This document shows, in pieces, positions 57,095 to 64,000 of a DNA stretch of 64,000 bases. Within the stretch, counting starts at the first letter, position 1. The number at the start of each line of letters is the position of its first letter. The notes beneath the pieces were generated by a model that searched no databases, was not told where the DNA came from, and saw only the letters and a program-made list of their open reading frames with translations. Made by a program: the position numbers and the translations under genes. Origin of the DNA: an uncultured Ignavibacteria bacterium (lineage in GTDB: Bacteria > Zixibacteria > MSB-5A5 > RBG-16-43-9); assembly GCA_964570765.1 (NCBI GenBank), contig CAZMZF010000008.1, forward strand, positions 27,301 through 91,300, given 5' to 3'.

Positions 57095-57550
57095 TCATCC
57101 ATCCTTTCTTTCCCATTTATAGGGGACCTCATCCGTATGAGGAGGGATGCGATATTCGTCCGGCTGAAGATAATTATAAGCTTCAGTTGGGCAGTTGATG
57201 CAGATCGCCTCTTCAGGACTTATACACTTGAACCCGTGTAATACCAGAGGTGGTATCTGAATTAAGAGCGGGTTGTCCTCTCCGAGGAAAAATTCATTGA
57301 TCTCCCCTTTGGTAGGGGAATCATCCCGACTATCATATAAGACTAACTTAATCATCCCCTTTATCACGATGAAGTTGTCGATCTGCTTCTTATGGAAATG
57401 CCAGCCTTTTACCACTCCGGGATAGGCAGTGGTCATATATACCTGCCCGAACTGTATGAAAAGCTCTTCATCCGACCTTAAAAGCTCCATCAGTTTTCCC
57501 CTCTCATCCGGGATGATTTTAAGTTTTTTCTGCCTTACTCCCTGAATCAT
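57095..57550 (-). CDS. rmlC: dTDP-4-dehydrorhamnose 3,5-epimerase family protein
   Basis: DERG, GVVKGWHFH, IPPLVLHGF. Confidence 0.88.
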   Translation of the reverse strand: MIQGVRQKKLKIIPDERGKLMELLRSDEELFIQFGQVYMTTAYPGVVKGWHFHKKQIDNFIVIKGMIKLVLYDSRDDSPTKGEINEFFLGEDNPLLIQIPPLVLHGFKCISPEEAICINCPTEAYNYLQPDEYRIPPHTDEVPYKWERKDG

Positions 57551-57559
57551 CTTTAAACC

Positions 57560-58297
57560 CTAAAAATACTTTTTGTTCGCCCCTTTTTGAGCTACGATTT
57601 TATTAGCTTTTAATAGAGCATCGATTGATTCCCCAGCATCGAGCCAGTAACCTTTTAGAAAGGAATAGGTAAGGTTTCCCTGTTTGAGATAAGCATTGTT
57701 CACATCAGTTATCTCTAATTCCCCTCGACCTGAAGGTTTTAAAGATCGAACTATCTCAAATACCTGGTTATCATACAGATAGATGCCAATCACCGCATAG
57801 TTACTTTTAGGTCTTTTTGGCTTTTCCTCTATTTTTATAATCTTACCATTCTTGATCTGAGCGATACCGTACTCTTTAGGATTATCGACTTCTTTTAAAA
57901 GGATTTTAGCTCCACTTCTCTGGGATTTAAAATCCTCTACAGCTTTCTGGATATTCCCCTCGATTATGTTATCTCCTAACATAATCAAGACTTTCTCCCC
58001 TTCGGCAAAATGCTCAGCTAAACCGACTGCCTCTGCTATTCCACCTTCTTTTTCCTGATAGGTGTAATTTAAGTGTTTAAGCCCAAAACCTTTACCGTTC
58101 CCTAAGAGACGCAAAAAATCTCCAGCATTATTACCGCCGGTAACTATCAAAATATTCCTTATTCCTGCATTGATCAGAGTCTGAACAGGATGGAAAATCA
58201 TAGGACGGTCATAGACCGGGAGTAAATGTTTATTGGTGATCTTGGTTAATGGATAAAGTCTGGTCCCCAACCCGCCTGCTAAGATGATTCCCTTCAT
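57560..58297 (-). CDS. rmlA: Glucose-1-phosphate thymidylyltransferase (short form)
   Basis: Start corrected to MKGIILAGGLGTRL after AAGGAG; KHLLPVYD, EKP, GELEITD. Confidence 0.9.
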   Translation of the reverse strand: MKGIILAGGLGTRLYPLTKITNKHLLPVYDRPMIFHPVQTLINAGIRNILIVTGGNNAGDFLRLLGNGKGFGLKHLNYTYQEKEGGIAEAVGLAEHFAEGEKVLIMLGDNIIEGNIQKAVEDFKSQRSGAKILLKEVDNPKEYGIAQIKNGKIIKIEEKPKRPKSNYAVIGIYLYDNQVFEIVRSLKPSGRGELEITDVNNAYLKQGNLTYSFLKGYWLDAGESIDALLKANKIVAQKGANKKYF

Positions 58298-58317
58298 TAT
58301 TACTCCTTCTTCACATT

Positions 58318-58410
58318 TGTCATTCTGACCCCCACCGTTGGCGGGGGAAGAATCGACATCCGCCTGAAGCGGATTCGGTCGCCCCCATAAGGAACTCCCC
58401 CAGAATGACA
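58318..58410. repeat. ~93-bp element with TGTCATTCTG / CAGAATGACA terminal inverted repeats and internal hairpins
   Basis: tgtcattctga-cccccaccgttggcggggga-agaatc..atccgcctgaagcggat..cagaatgaca. Confidence 0.7.
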
Positions 58411-58447
58411 TGAAGCCAATTTATAATCAATAACTAAGCTGTTTTCG

Positions 58448-59233
58448 TTACTTCTCCCCCTTCTTTTTTTCTTCCTTTTTCTCCTCTTTTCCCTTGGCTC
58501 TGGGTTCGGGCTTCTCAGCTTTTACCTCTTTACCAGGCTTTGCAGTTTCTTTAGCCTTGGCCTCCTTGCCCTCTTCTGCTTTCTCCTCTTCACCTTCCTC
58601 AGCCTTCTTCTCAGTTATGACCTCGGGCTCCTTGACCTCTTCAGCTGCAGGGACTACCTCTTCCTTGAAGACTGTAGGTGGCACCACGGTTATAATTGAG
58701 CCTTCAGGATCAGATAATATCTCAACCTTCTCTAACTTTACATCCTTCACATGGATGGAATCGCCTATTTTGAGAGCGGCAACATCTAACTCCACTTTCT
58801 CCGGTATATCTGAAGGCAGACATTCGATTTCCAGCTCTCTTAAAACGTGCTGTAATATTCCCCCATCTGTCTGTACTCCTATAGGTATTCCCACCAGATG
58901 AACCGGGATTTTAACTGTAATTTTCTTGGTCAGAAGTATATGTTGAAAATCGACATGTAAGATATTTCCTAAGAGAGGATCGTGCTGGATCTCCCGGATT
59001 AGGACCTTTTTCGTTACGTTTTTATCACCATCGATATTCAGGGTGATTATAACGTTTTCACCCTTACCTGCTCGCAGGATTGAGACCAATGATTTGGATT
59101 CAACTTGCAAGGGAGTAGGCTCGTCTCCTGGTCCATAGAGCACTGCCGGGATAAACCCTTCTTTTCGTAACTTTTTAGCAATCTCCTTACCAGTTTTACC
59201 CCTTCTTTTAGCTTCAAGCAAAATCTCCTTCAT
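58448..59233 (-). CDS. rplY: 50S ribosomal protein L25/Ctc with Glu/Lys-rich tail
   Basis: LRKEGFIPAVLYG, HVDF, IGDSIHV. Confidence 0.95.
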   Translation of the reverse strand: MKEILLEAKRRGKTGKEIAKKLRKEGFIPAVLYGPGDEPTPLQVESKSLVSILRAGKGENVIITLNIDGDKNVTKKVLIREIQHDPLLGNILHVDFQHILLTKKITVKIPVHLVGIPIGVQTDGGILQHVLRELEIECLPSDIPEKVELDVAALKIGDSIHVKDVKLEKVEILSDPEGSIITVVPPTVFKEEVVPAAEEVKEPEVITEKKAEEGEEEKAEEGKEAKAKETAKPGKEVKAEKPEPRAKGKEEKKEEKKKGEK

Positions 59234-59273
59234 CTTTTTTTACTCCTTTCACATACTCTAATTCTTCAAACAA

Positions 59274-60209
59274 TTAATATTCAAAAAGTGAACTTATTGA
59301 TTCCTCTTTATTAGTTCGGATTACCGCCTCACCAAATAGCTCTGCTACGGAGAGCACCTCGATCTTATTGGTGAAATTTCTTTTATTCTGGCAGATAGTA
59401 TCGGAGATCGCTAATTTTTTTATGGGAGACTTTTCTATCTTATCTAAAGCCTGTCCAGATAAAACCGCATGGGTGCAGCAGGCGTAAATATCTTTGGCAC
59501 CGTTTCTCTCCAGGGCATAAGCGAATTCAACTAAAGTGCCTGCGGTATCGATTATGTCATCCCGGATGATAACGTTCTTATCTTTAACCTCTCCGATGAT
59601 ATTTAAGACTTCAGCCTGATTAGGGGCAGGTCTTCTTTTATCCATCACCGCCATAGGACAACCCAATTTCTTGGCGAAATTACGAACCATTTTGATGCTA
59701 CCGAGATCAGAGATCACCACCAGATCAGAAAGATTTAATTTAATAACATAATCGTAGAAAACCGGATTGGAAAAAAGGTGATCTGTGGGGATATCGAAAA
59801 ATCCCTGGATCTGGGCGGCATGCAGGTCCATCGTCAAGACCCGATTAGCTCCAGCTTCAGCAATCAAATTAGCCACTAACTTAGCAGTGATGGGAACTCT
59901 GGGCTGATCTTTTCGATCCTGCCGGGCATAGCCAAAATAGGGTAAAACTGCAGTTATCCTTTTAGCTGAAGCTCTTCTGGCCGCATCTAAAAGGACTAAA
60001 AGTTCTAAGAGGTTTTCGGCTGGAGCCCCTGTGGATTGAATGATGAAAAGGTCTGCGCCTCTGATATTCTCATCTATCTTAACTTTTATCTCCCCATCTG
60101 AAAATCTTGAAACCTCAGCCTGAGACAAAGGTATTCCTAAATACTGACTGATCTTTTCAGCTAAGGGACGATTAGAGTTACCGGCAATAAGTTTCAAATC
60201 GCTTGGCAT
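59274..60209 (-). CDS. prs: Ribose-phosphate pyrophosphokinase
   Basis: RFSDGE, PYFGYARQDRK, DLHAAQIQGFF, DDIIDTAGT. Confidence 0.97.
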   Translation of the reverse strand: MPSDLKLIAGNSNRPLAEKISQYLGIPLSQAEVSRFSDGEIKVKIDENIRGADLFIIQSTGAPAENLLELLVLLDAARRASAKRITAVLPYFGYARQDRKDQPRVPITAKLVANLIAEAGANRVLTMDLHAAQIQGFFDIPTDHLFSNPVFYDYVIKLNLSDLVVISDLGSIKMVRNFAKKLGCPMAVMDKRRPAPNQAEVLNIIGEVKDKNVIIRDDIIDTAGTLVEFAYALERNGAKDIYACCTHAVLSGQALDKIEKSPIKKLAISDTICQNKRNFTNKIEVLSVAELFGEAVIRTNKEESISSLFEY

Positions 60210-60222
60210 ATATTTATCCTGT

Positions 60223-60729
60223 TTAAAGTGAGGGAAGGGACATATGGCTCTGGATTAATTTCCAGTTCCCCTCCTCTTTGATTAAAACTCCGGTGAAACG
60301 AATCTTTTTCTCTATTAGCTTTATTTTTGTTTTACCTTTTATTTTTACTTTCTGTTCAAAACTCAAGTCCAGCCTGGAGGAAAACCAAGCTATCCCATCT
60401 ATGAGTTTTGTCTCCAGCTCAGAGAGGATGAAATGCCTCTTGGTCCATTGAGAAAGGGTCAGCTTGAACTCCTTGTAAAATTTTTCGACCTGGTCATAGC
60501 CAGTATAAAATTCCTCCCCGGTTCCAATAACGACTATATCCGGGCTTTTGGCATACAGGCTCAGAAGTTTGTCCGTATCAGCGGAGTCTAAAGCTGAGAC
60601 ATATTCACGGATTATTTTATCTACAATATTCTTGTCAGACTCAACCTTTATCTCCCTTCTTTTAATGCAGGAAGAAACAAAAACAAAAGACAATATTAAT
60701 AGAAAGAGGATACTCTTATTTATAAGCAT
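60223..60729 (-). CDS. NTF2/SnoaL-like lipoprotein
   Basis: Lipobox VSSC; D.LLSLYA..VIGTG, RFTGVL..WKLIQSH.S. Confidence 0.75.
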   Translation of the reverse strand: MLINKSILFLLILSFVFVSSCIKRREIKVESDKNIVDKIIREYVSALDSADTDKLLSLYAKSPDIVVIGTGEEFYTGYDQVEKFYKEFKLTLSQWTKRHFILSELETKLIDGIAWFSSRLDLSFEQKVKIKGKTKIKLIEKKIRFTGVLIKEEGNWKLIQSHMSLPSL

Positions 60730-60792
60730 TTTAGAAATTATTAAAAGATATCTTAAAAAATACAACTTGTACTTCAACTTTTATCAATCGAA

Positions 60793-61512
60793 TTAAGTCT
60801 CCAAAGTGATAAAGTTTATAAATTTTTTACCAAAATCTGTTATTAAATTTGTTAGTTTTGAAATGTCTGTGCCACTTATTGTAATATTGAGAGCAGGGCC
60901 CACTCTTGTCAAACCTTTTGAATCTAAATCAGAGAGTGCTGTTCTTAGTAAGGGTTCAGTTAATTCGGGAAAACAGCTACTAAAAATTTGCATTCGAGAA
61001 CCAATGCCACCGTTTTTTATTCGATTTCCCTGTTTTTTATTAAATGCATCAGGATCATAAAGCAAATGGAGAATTTTTATATGAGTTACTGTCATTTCGT
61101 TGACTAAATTCAAGAAAAATTCCTTTTCTTCGGTTTTGATATCTGTTGGAATTAAAGAGTGAATAAGAATTGCCTTAAAACATTCAATTTTTTCTTTTTG
61201 ATAATTTTGCATCACGGAACGGATTGTTTTTTCGAAAATATAGCTAAATTCCTCTCTTTCGATTATGCTTTTATCCACATTGTCCTTAACTTTTTCAACT
61301 TCTACAGCGATTTCGTGTAAAAAATCACTTACTCTTTTTTGCCATAAATTTGGTAAAGTAGTATGAATTAAATAAGCTAGGGAACCTCCAATGACTGGTA
61401 TCCCTTTTAATAAAACCTCTACTGCTTCTTTCAATTCATCATAAACAGGAACTTCATCGAGTTTAGCCTGTTTTTTTAATTCTACTAAATTTTTGCGTGA
61501 ATTATTTTCCAT
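60793..61512 (-). CDS. Abi-alpha/DUF4393-like hypothetical protein
   Basis: IPVIGG..KRV..FL, FLNLVNEMT..HIKIL, L.DL.SKGL, ITDFGKKFINFI; AT-rich; directly 3' of tRNA-Gln. Confidence 0.55.
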   Translation of the reverse strand: MENNSRKNLVELKKQAKLDEVPVYDELKEAVEVLLKGIPVIGGSLAYLIHTTLPNLWQKRVSDFLHEIAVEVEKVKDNVDKSIIEREEFSYIFEKTIRSVMQNYQKEKIECFKAILIHSLIPTDIKTEEKEFFLNLVNEMTVTHIKILHLLYDPDAFNKKQGNRIKNGGIGSRMQIFSSCFPELTEPLLRTALSDLDSKGLTRVGPALNITISGTDISKLTNLITDFGKKFINFITLET

Positions 61513-61563
61513 AGCTATCAAAACATCTATTAACTATTCACTAACAACTATCTACCAGTTTTG

Positions 61564-61635
61564 CTGGGGCGCCAGGATTCGAACCTGGGAATGCGAGATC
61601 CAAAGTCTCGTGTCTTTCCACTTGACTACGCCCCA
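61564..61635 (-). tRNA. tRNA-Gln(TTG)
   Basis: TGGGGCG/CGCCCCA acceptor stem; anticodon arm CGAGA-CT-TTG-GA-TCTCG; GGTTCGAATCC. Confidence 0.95.
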
Positions 61636-61670
61636 ATGCCTAAATCAATCTACAAGACAGGACTGAAAAA

Positions 61671-61937
61671 TCAAACTCCCTGGGTCCTCAATTCAGATTC
61701 GTAAGCCTGTAACACTTTTTCTTCGATCAATCTCCTCATCTCATTGTTCACCGGATGAGCGATATCCTGGTGGGTGCCATCTGTCCTTTTCCGGCTGGGC
61801 ATGGAGACAAAGTAGCCCTGGTTGCCATTGATAACTTTCAAACCTCTGATCACAAAGGAGTTATCAAAGGTGATATTGGCAAACGCTTTAAGTTTCTCCT
61901 CATCTCTTAAGGTAATCCTTACCTCTGTGATTTCCAC
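61671..61937 (-). CDS. spoVG: Septation regulator SpoVG
   Basis: MEITEVRI..LKAFANITFD..FVSMPSRK..DIAHP. Confidence 0.95.
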   Translation of the reverse strand: MEITEVRITLRDEEKLKAFANITFDNSFVIRGLKVINGNQGYFVSMPSRKRTDGTHQDIAHPVNNEMRRLIEEKVLQAYESELRTQGV

Positions 61938-62019
61938 CTTCTCACCTCTCTACGAGCTGTATCCTCCTAAGGCGGATACCAGCCCCGGAAAATTGGTTGA
62001 TCCTCTCGGACCTTTGGTG

Positions 62020-62871
62020 CTAAGGAATTGGCCGGGTTACAAAAACCTGCCAATCTCCACTTTTGAAGAGCCTGTTCACCTCCTCTTTGTCTGGTTCTTG
62101 CTCAAAGATTCCATAGACGGTGGGTCCGCTTCCCGTCATGGAGGATTTTTTTGCTCCAAGTTTTGATAAAAGCTTAAGGGCATATCTAACCTGAGGGTAT
62201 CTTTCAGCGATCTTTCCCTCAAAATCGTTTCTCCAGAAATTCAGAGCCTCCAAAAAACCTTCTTTTTTCTGAAGATTTTGAATAGTAATAAAATCTTTTT
62301 TAGTTGTCAAGTTCATTTTGACCTCCTGGTAAGCCCAGGAAGTCAAGACCTGAAAGGGGAAGGTGATTAAAATTATCCAGTAATCCTTAAAGATTTTAAC
62401 CGGCGTAATTCTCTCTCCTCTTCCTTCAGCTATAGCAGTTTGATCATATAAAAAGAAGGGGACGTCTGAGCCTAACTTTTCTGCCAGGGGATGAAGTCTC
62501 TTAAGTGAGTAATTCAGGTTATATAATCGATTTAAGCCCAGGAGGGTGGTGGCTGAATCTGAACTGCCACCTCCTAATCCGGAGGAGATGGGGATCTTTT
62601 TTTTGAGGATTATCTTTACCCCCTGGGCAACTTTTCCCTCCTTTAATATTAGCTCAGCTGCTTGATAGGCTAAATTTCTTCGATCTAAAGGGAGTCTGGT
62701 ATTATAAGTTTTTAATATTATTCCCTCATTTATTTTGAAAAAAGTGAGAGTGTCGTATAAAGCAACCTTCTGCATTAAGGTAAAGATGTCATGATAACCA
62801 TCCTCTCTTTTTTTCAATATATTAAGGAAAAGATTTATTTTAGCCGGGGCTTTAAGGGTAAGACTTGACAA
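62020..62871 (-). CDS. ispE: 4-diphosphocytidyl-2-C-methyl-D-erythritol kinase
   Basis: APAKINL, KKIP..GLGGGSSD, GSDVPFF, MTGSGPTV. Confidence 0.95.
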   Translation of the reverse strand: MSSLTLKAPAKINLFLNILKKREDGYHDIFTLMQKVALYDTLTFFKINEGIILKTYNTRLPLDRRNLAYQAAELILKEGKVAQGVKIILKKKIPISSGLGGGSSDSATTLLGLNRLYNLNYSLKRLHPLAEKLGSDVPFFLYDQTAIAEGRGERITPVKIFKDYWIILITFPFQVLTSWAYQEVKMNLTTKKDFITIQNLQKKEGFLEALNFWRNDFEGKIAERYPQVRYALKLLSKLGAKKSSMTGSGPTVYGIFEQEPDKEEVNRLFKSGDWQVFVTRPIP

Positions 62872-62872
62872 T

Positions 62873-64000
62873 TTAGAACCGGAGCTCCTTCCATAGATTA
62901 TAATTGAAATTTAGTTTAAAGTAAAGGTTATTTTCTTTTTCTTCAGAAATATTCAGGTAGTTTTTTATATAGGTATATCCGATTATCCCTTCCAGAAAAA
63001 GATGAGGATCCGGCTGGAATACTCCTTCAAGAATAAAATCATTGGTACTTTCAACTGTTCCTGAAGGGAACTTCTCAGTTTTTGGAACCGGCGAGGGCTG
63101 AACTCCGATTTTCCCTTCTCCTTTTCTTTTAGATTCAAATGAAAAAGAGAGCTGTAAGCTTTTGCTAAAATGGTAAAGTAGATTTGCATAGATATAATCT
63201 GCATCCGGACCGGAAGAGCTCCCTATTCCTACATCCCGGTATGCATAGATATTCCAGGGCTTATTCTGTCCATAGACCCAGGTATTAACCCTAGCATATT
63301 CTAAGGTCAGGTAACTTTTAGAGAAACCAAAAAGGTCTGCTGTTTTTGCACCCAAAAGAAACCCTATTTGCTGAGGTTCAGATTTGAAATCGTACTGGAA
63401 ATCATCAATCAAAAGCTCAGCGTAAAATTCTTTGTTTTTAAAGTGGGTTAAGGAAAAATCAAGGCTCCAGAGAAGGTTGTCATTTATGTTATGATTGAAC
63501 TGTTCAGCATAGAAGATGAAAAGGGGATTAAGGTAATAAGGCTCCAGTTTTCTTTTCTCTCCTCCATATAACACTACTTCAGAAAGACCTAATTCCACTC
63601 CGGATTTCAACTTTAAATTAATCCTGTGTCCGGAAAGATACCTTTTGGCAAAAAGATTAGAATCAGGTAAAAAAAGCTCATCCAAGCTAGTGGCGAAGAA
63701 ATCAAATCTGAAAGCTCCGATCTCACCTGAAAGTTTTAACATATCAAAAGGGGGTGAAAAGCCGGAGAGCAAAAGGAAATCTTTTGATCCCGGTCCCCAG
63801 CGCAGGTAATCTCTTCCCCATTGGAATTCAAAATATTTGAAATTTCCCTTAATATATCCCTGGTCAAAGATGCCGGTTAGGTCGCTTTTCCATTTCTGCC
63901 CAAACAGGTTTTTCCCCTTTTCAGCCTTAGTGTCGATTATAACCCGATCCTTGAATAAGAAATTCTTCCATTGAAAAGCACCTTCCATAATCGATTTCCC
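62873..64000 (-). CDS. Capsule assembly Wzi-family outer-membrane protein, 5' end probably outside the window
   Basis: GRDYLRWGPG, RYLSGHR, LSEVVLYG, YLNP, YAELLIDD, EYARVN, GPDAD. Frame is open to the window edge. Confidence 0.7.
   Translation of the reverse strand, partial: GKSIMEGAFQWKNFLFKDRVIIDTKAEKGKNLFGQKWKSDLTGIFDQGYIKGNFKYFEFQWGRDYLRWGPGSKDFLLLSGFSPPFDMLKLSGEIGAFRFDFFATSLDELFLPDSNLFAKRYLSGHRINLKLKSGVELGLSEVVLYGGEKRKLEPYYLNPLFIFYAEQFNHNINDNLLWSLDFSLTHFKNKEFYAELLIDDFQYDFKSEPQQIGFLLGAKTADLFGFSKSYLTLEYARVNTWVYGQNKPWNIYAYRDVGIGSSSGPDADYIYANLLYHFSKSLQLSFSFESKRKGEGKIGVQPSPVPKTEKFPSGTVESTNDFILEGVFQPDPHLFLEGIIGYTYIKNYLNISEEKENNLYFKLNFNYNLWKELRF

Noticed and set aside
58298-58411. N-terminal extension of RmlA
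   Set aside because: Repeat element; a strong RBS precedes MKGIILAGG at 58297.
58494-58901. Antisense or overlapping ORFs (also 44036-44530, 18992-19336, 32701-33231, 538-801 and similar)
   Set aside because: Shadows of well-supported genes on the other strand or frame.

Overview
AT-rich bacterial chromosomal segment. The Cys-containing dockerin tails (GDxNxDGxxxVSDVxYLINYLFKGGPxP), FlgD-Ig/T9SS-like C-termini, PEP-CTERM proteins and spoVG-prs-rplY synteny suggest a Zixibacteria-like FCB-group organism (inference, no search run). Housekeeping blocks are smpB-amidase-murI-rdgB, thiC, the tRNA-Pro/Arg/His operon, a csp gene, the rmlACBD operon with an inserted DNA methyltransferase, and wzi-ispE-spoVG-tRNA-Gln-prs-rplY. 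Between them lie many secreted or surface proteins, several pseudogenes and small accessory islets (TIR-like, Abi-like, a GC-rich serine hydrolase). Three signals stand out. (1) Intergenic DNA is saturated with dozens of GTAG-tagged REP-like hairpins of many unrelated stem families. A second tier of 18-39 bp micro-elements sits in or beside their loops, with empty and filled alleles both visible; one expanded copy is translated in murI and one is fused to a 5'-truncated gene. (2) A stand-alone secreted cohesin-like protein lies next to a gingipain-dockerin gene, with five dockerin-bearing loci in the window, suggesting a non-cellulosomal, protein-degrading cohesin/dockerin assembly. (3) Tandem PEP-CTERM cassettes have a conserved sigma54 promoter with a phased TGTYYA-N5-TGAACA enhancer pair. 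No CRISPR array, rRNA, RAYT transposase, integrase or reverse transcriptase was seen. Several starts in the ORF track are corrected because they extend into repeat DNA.
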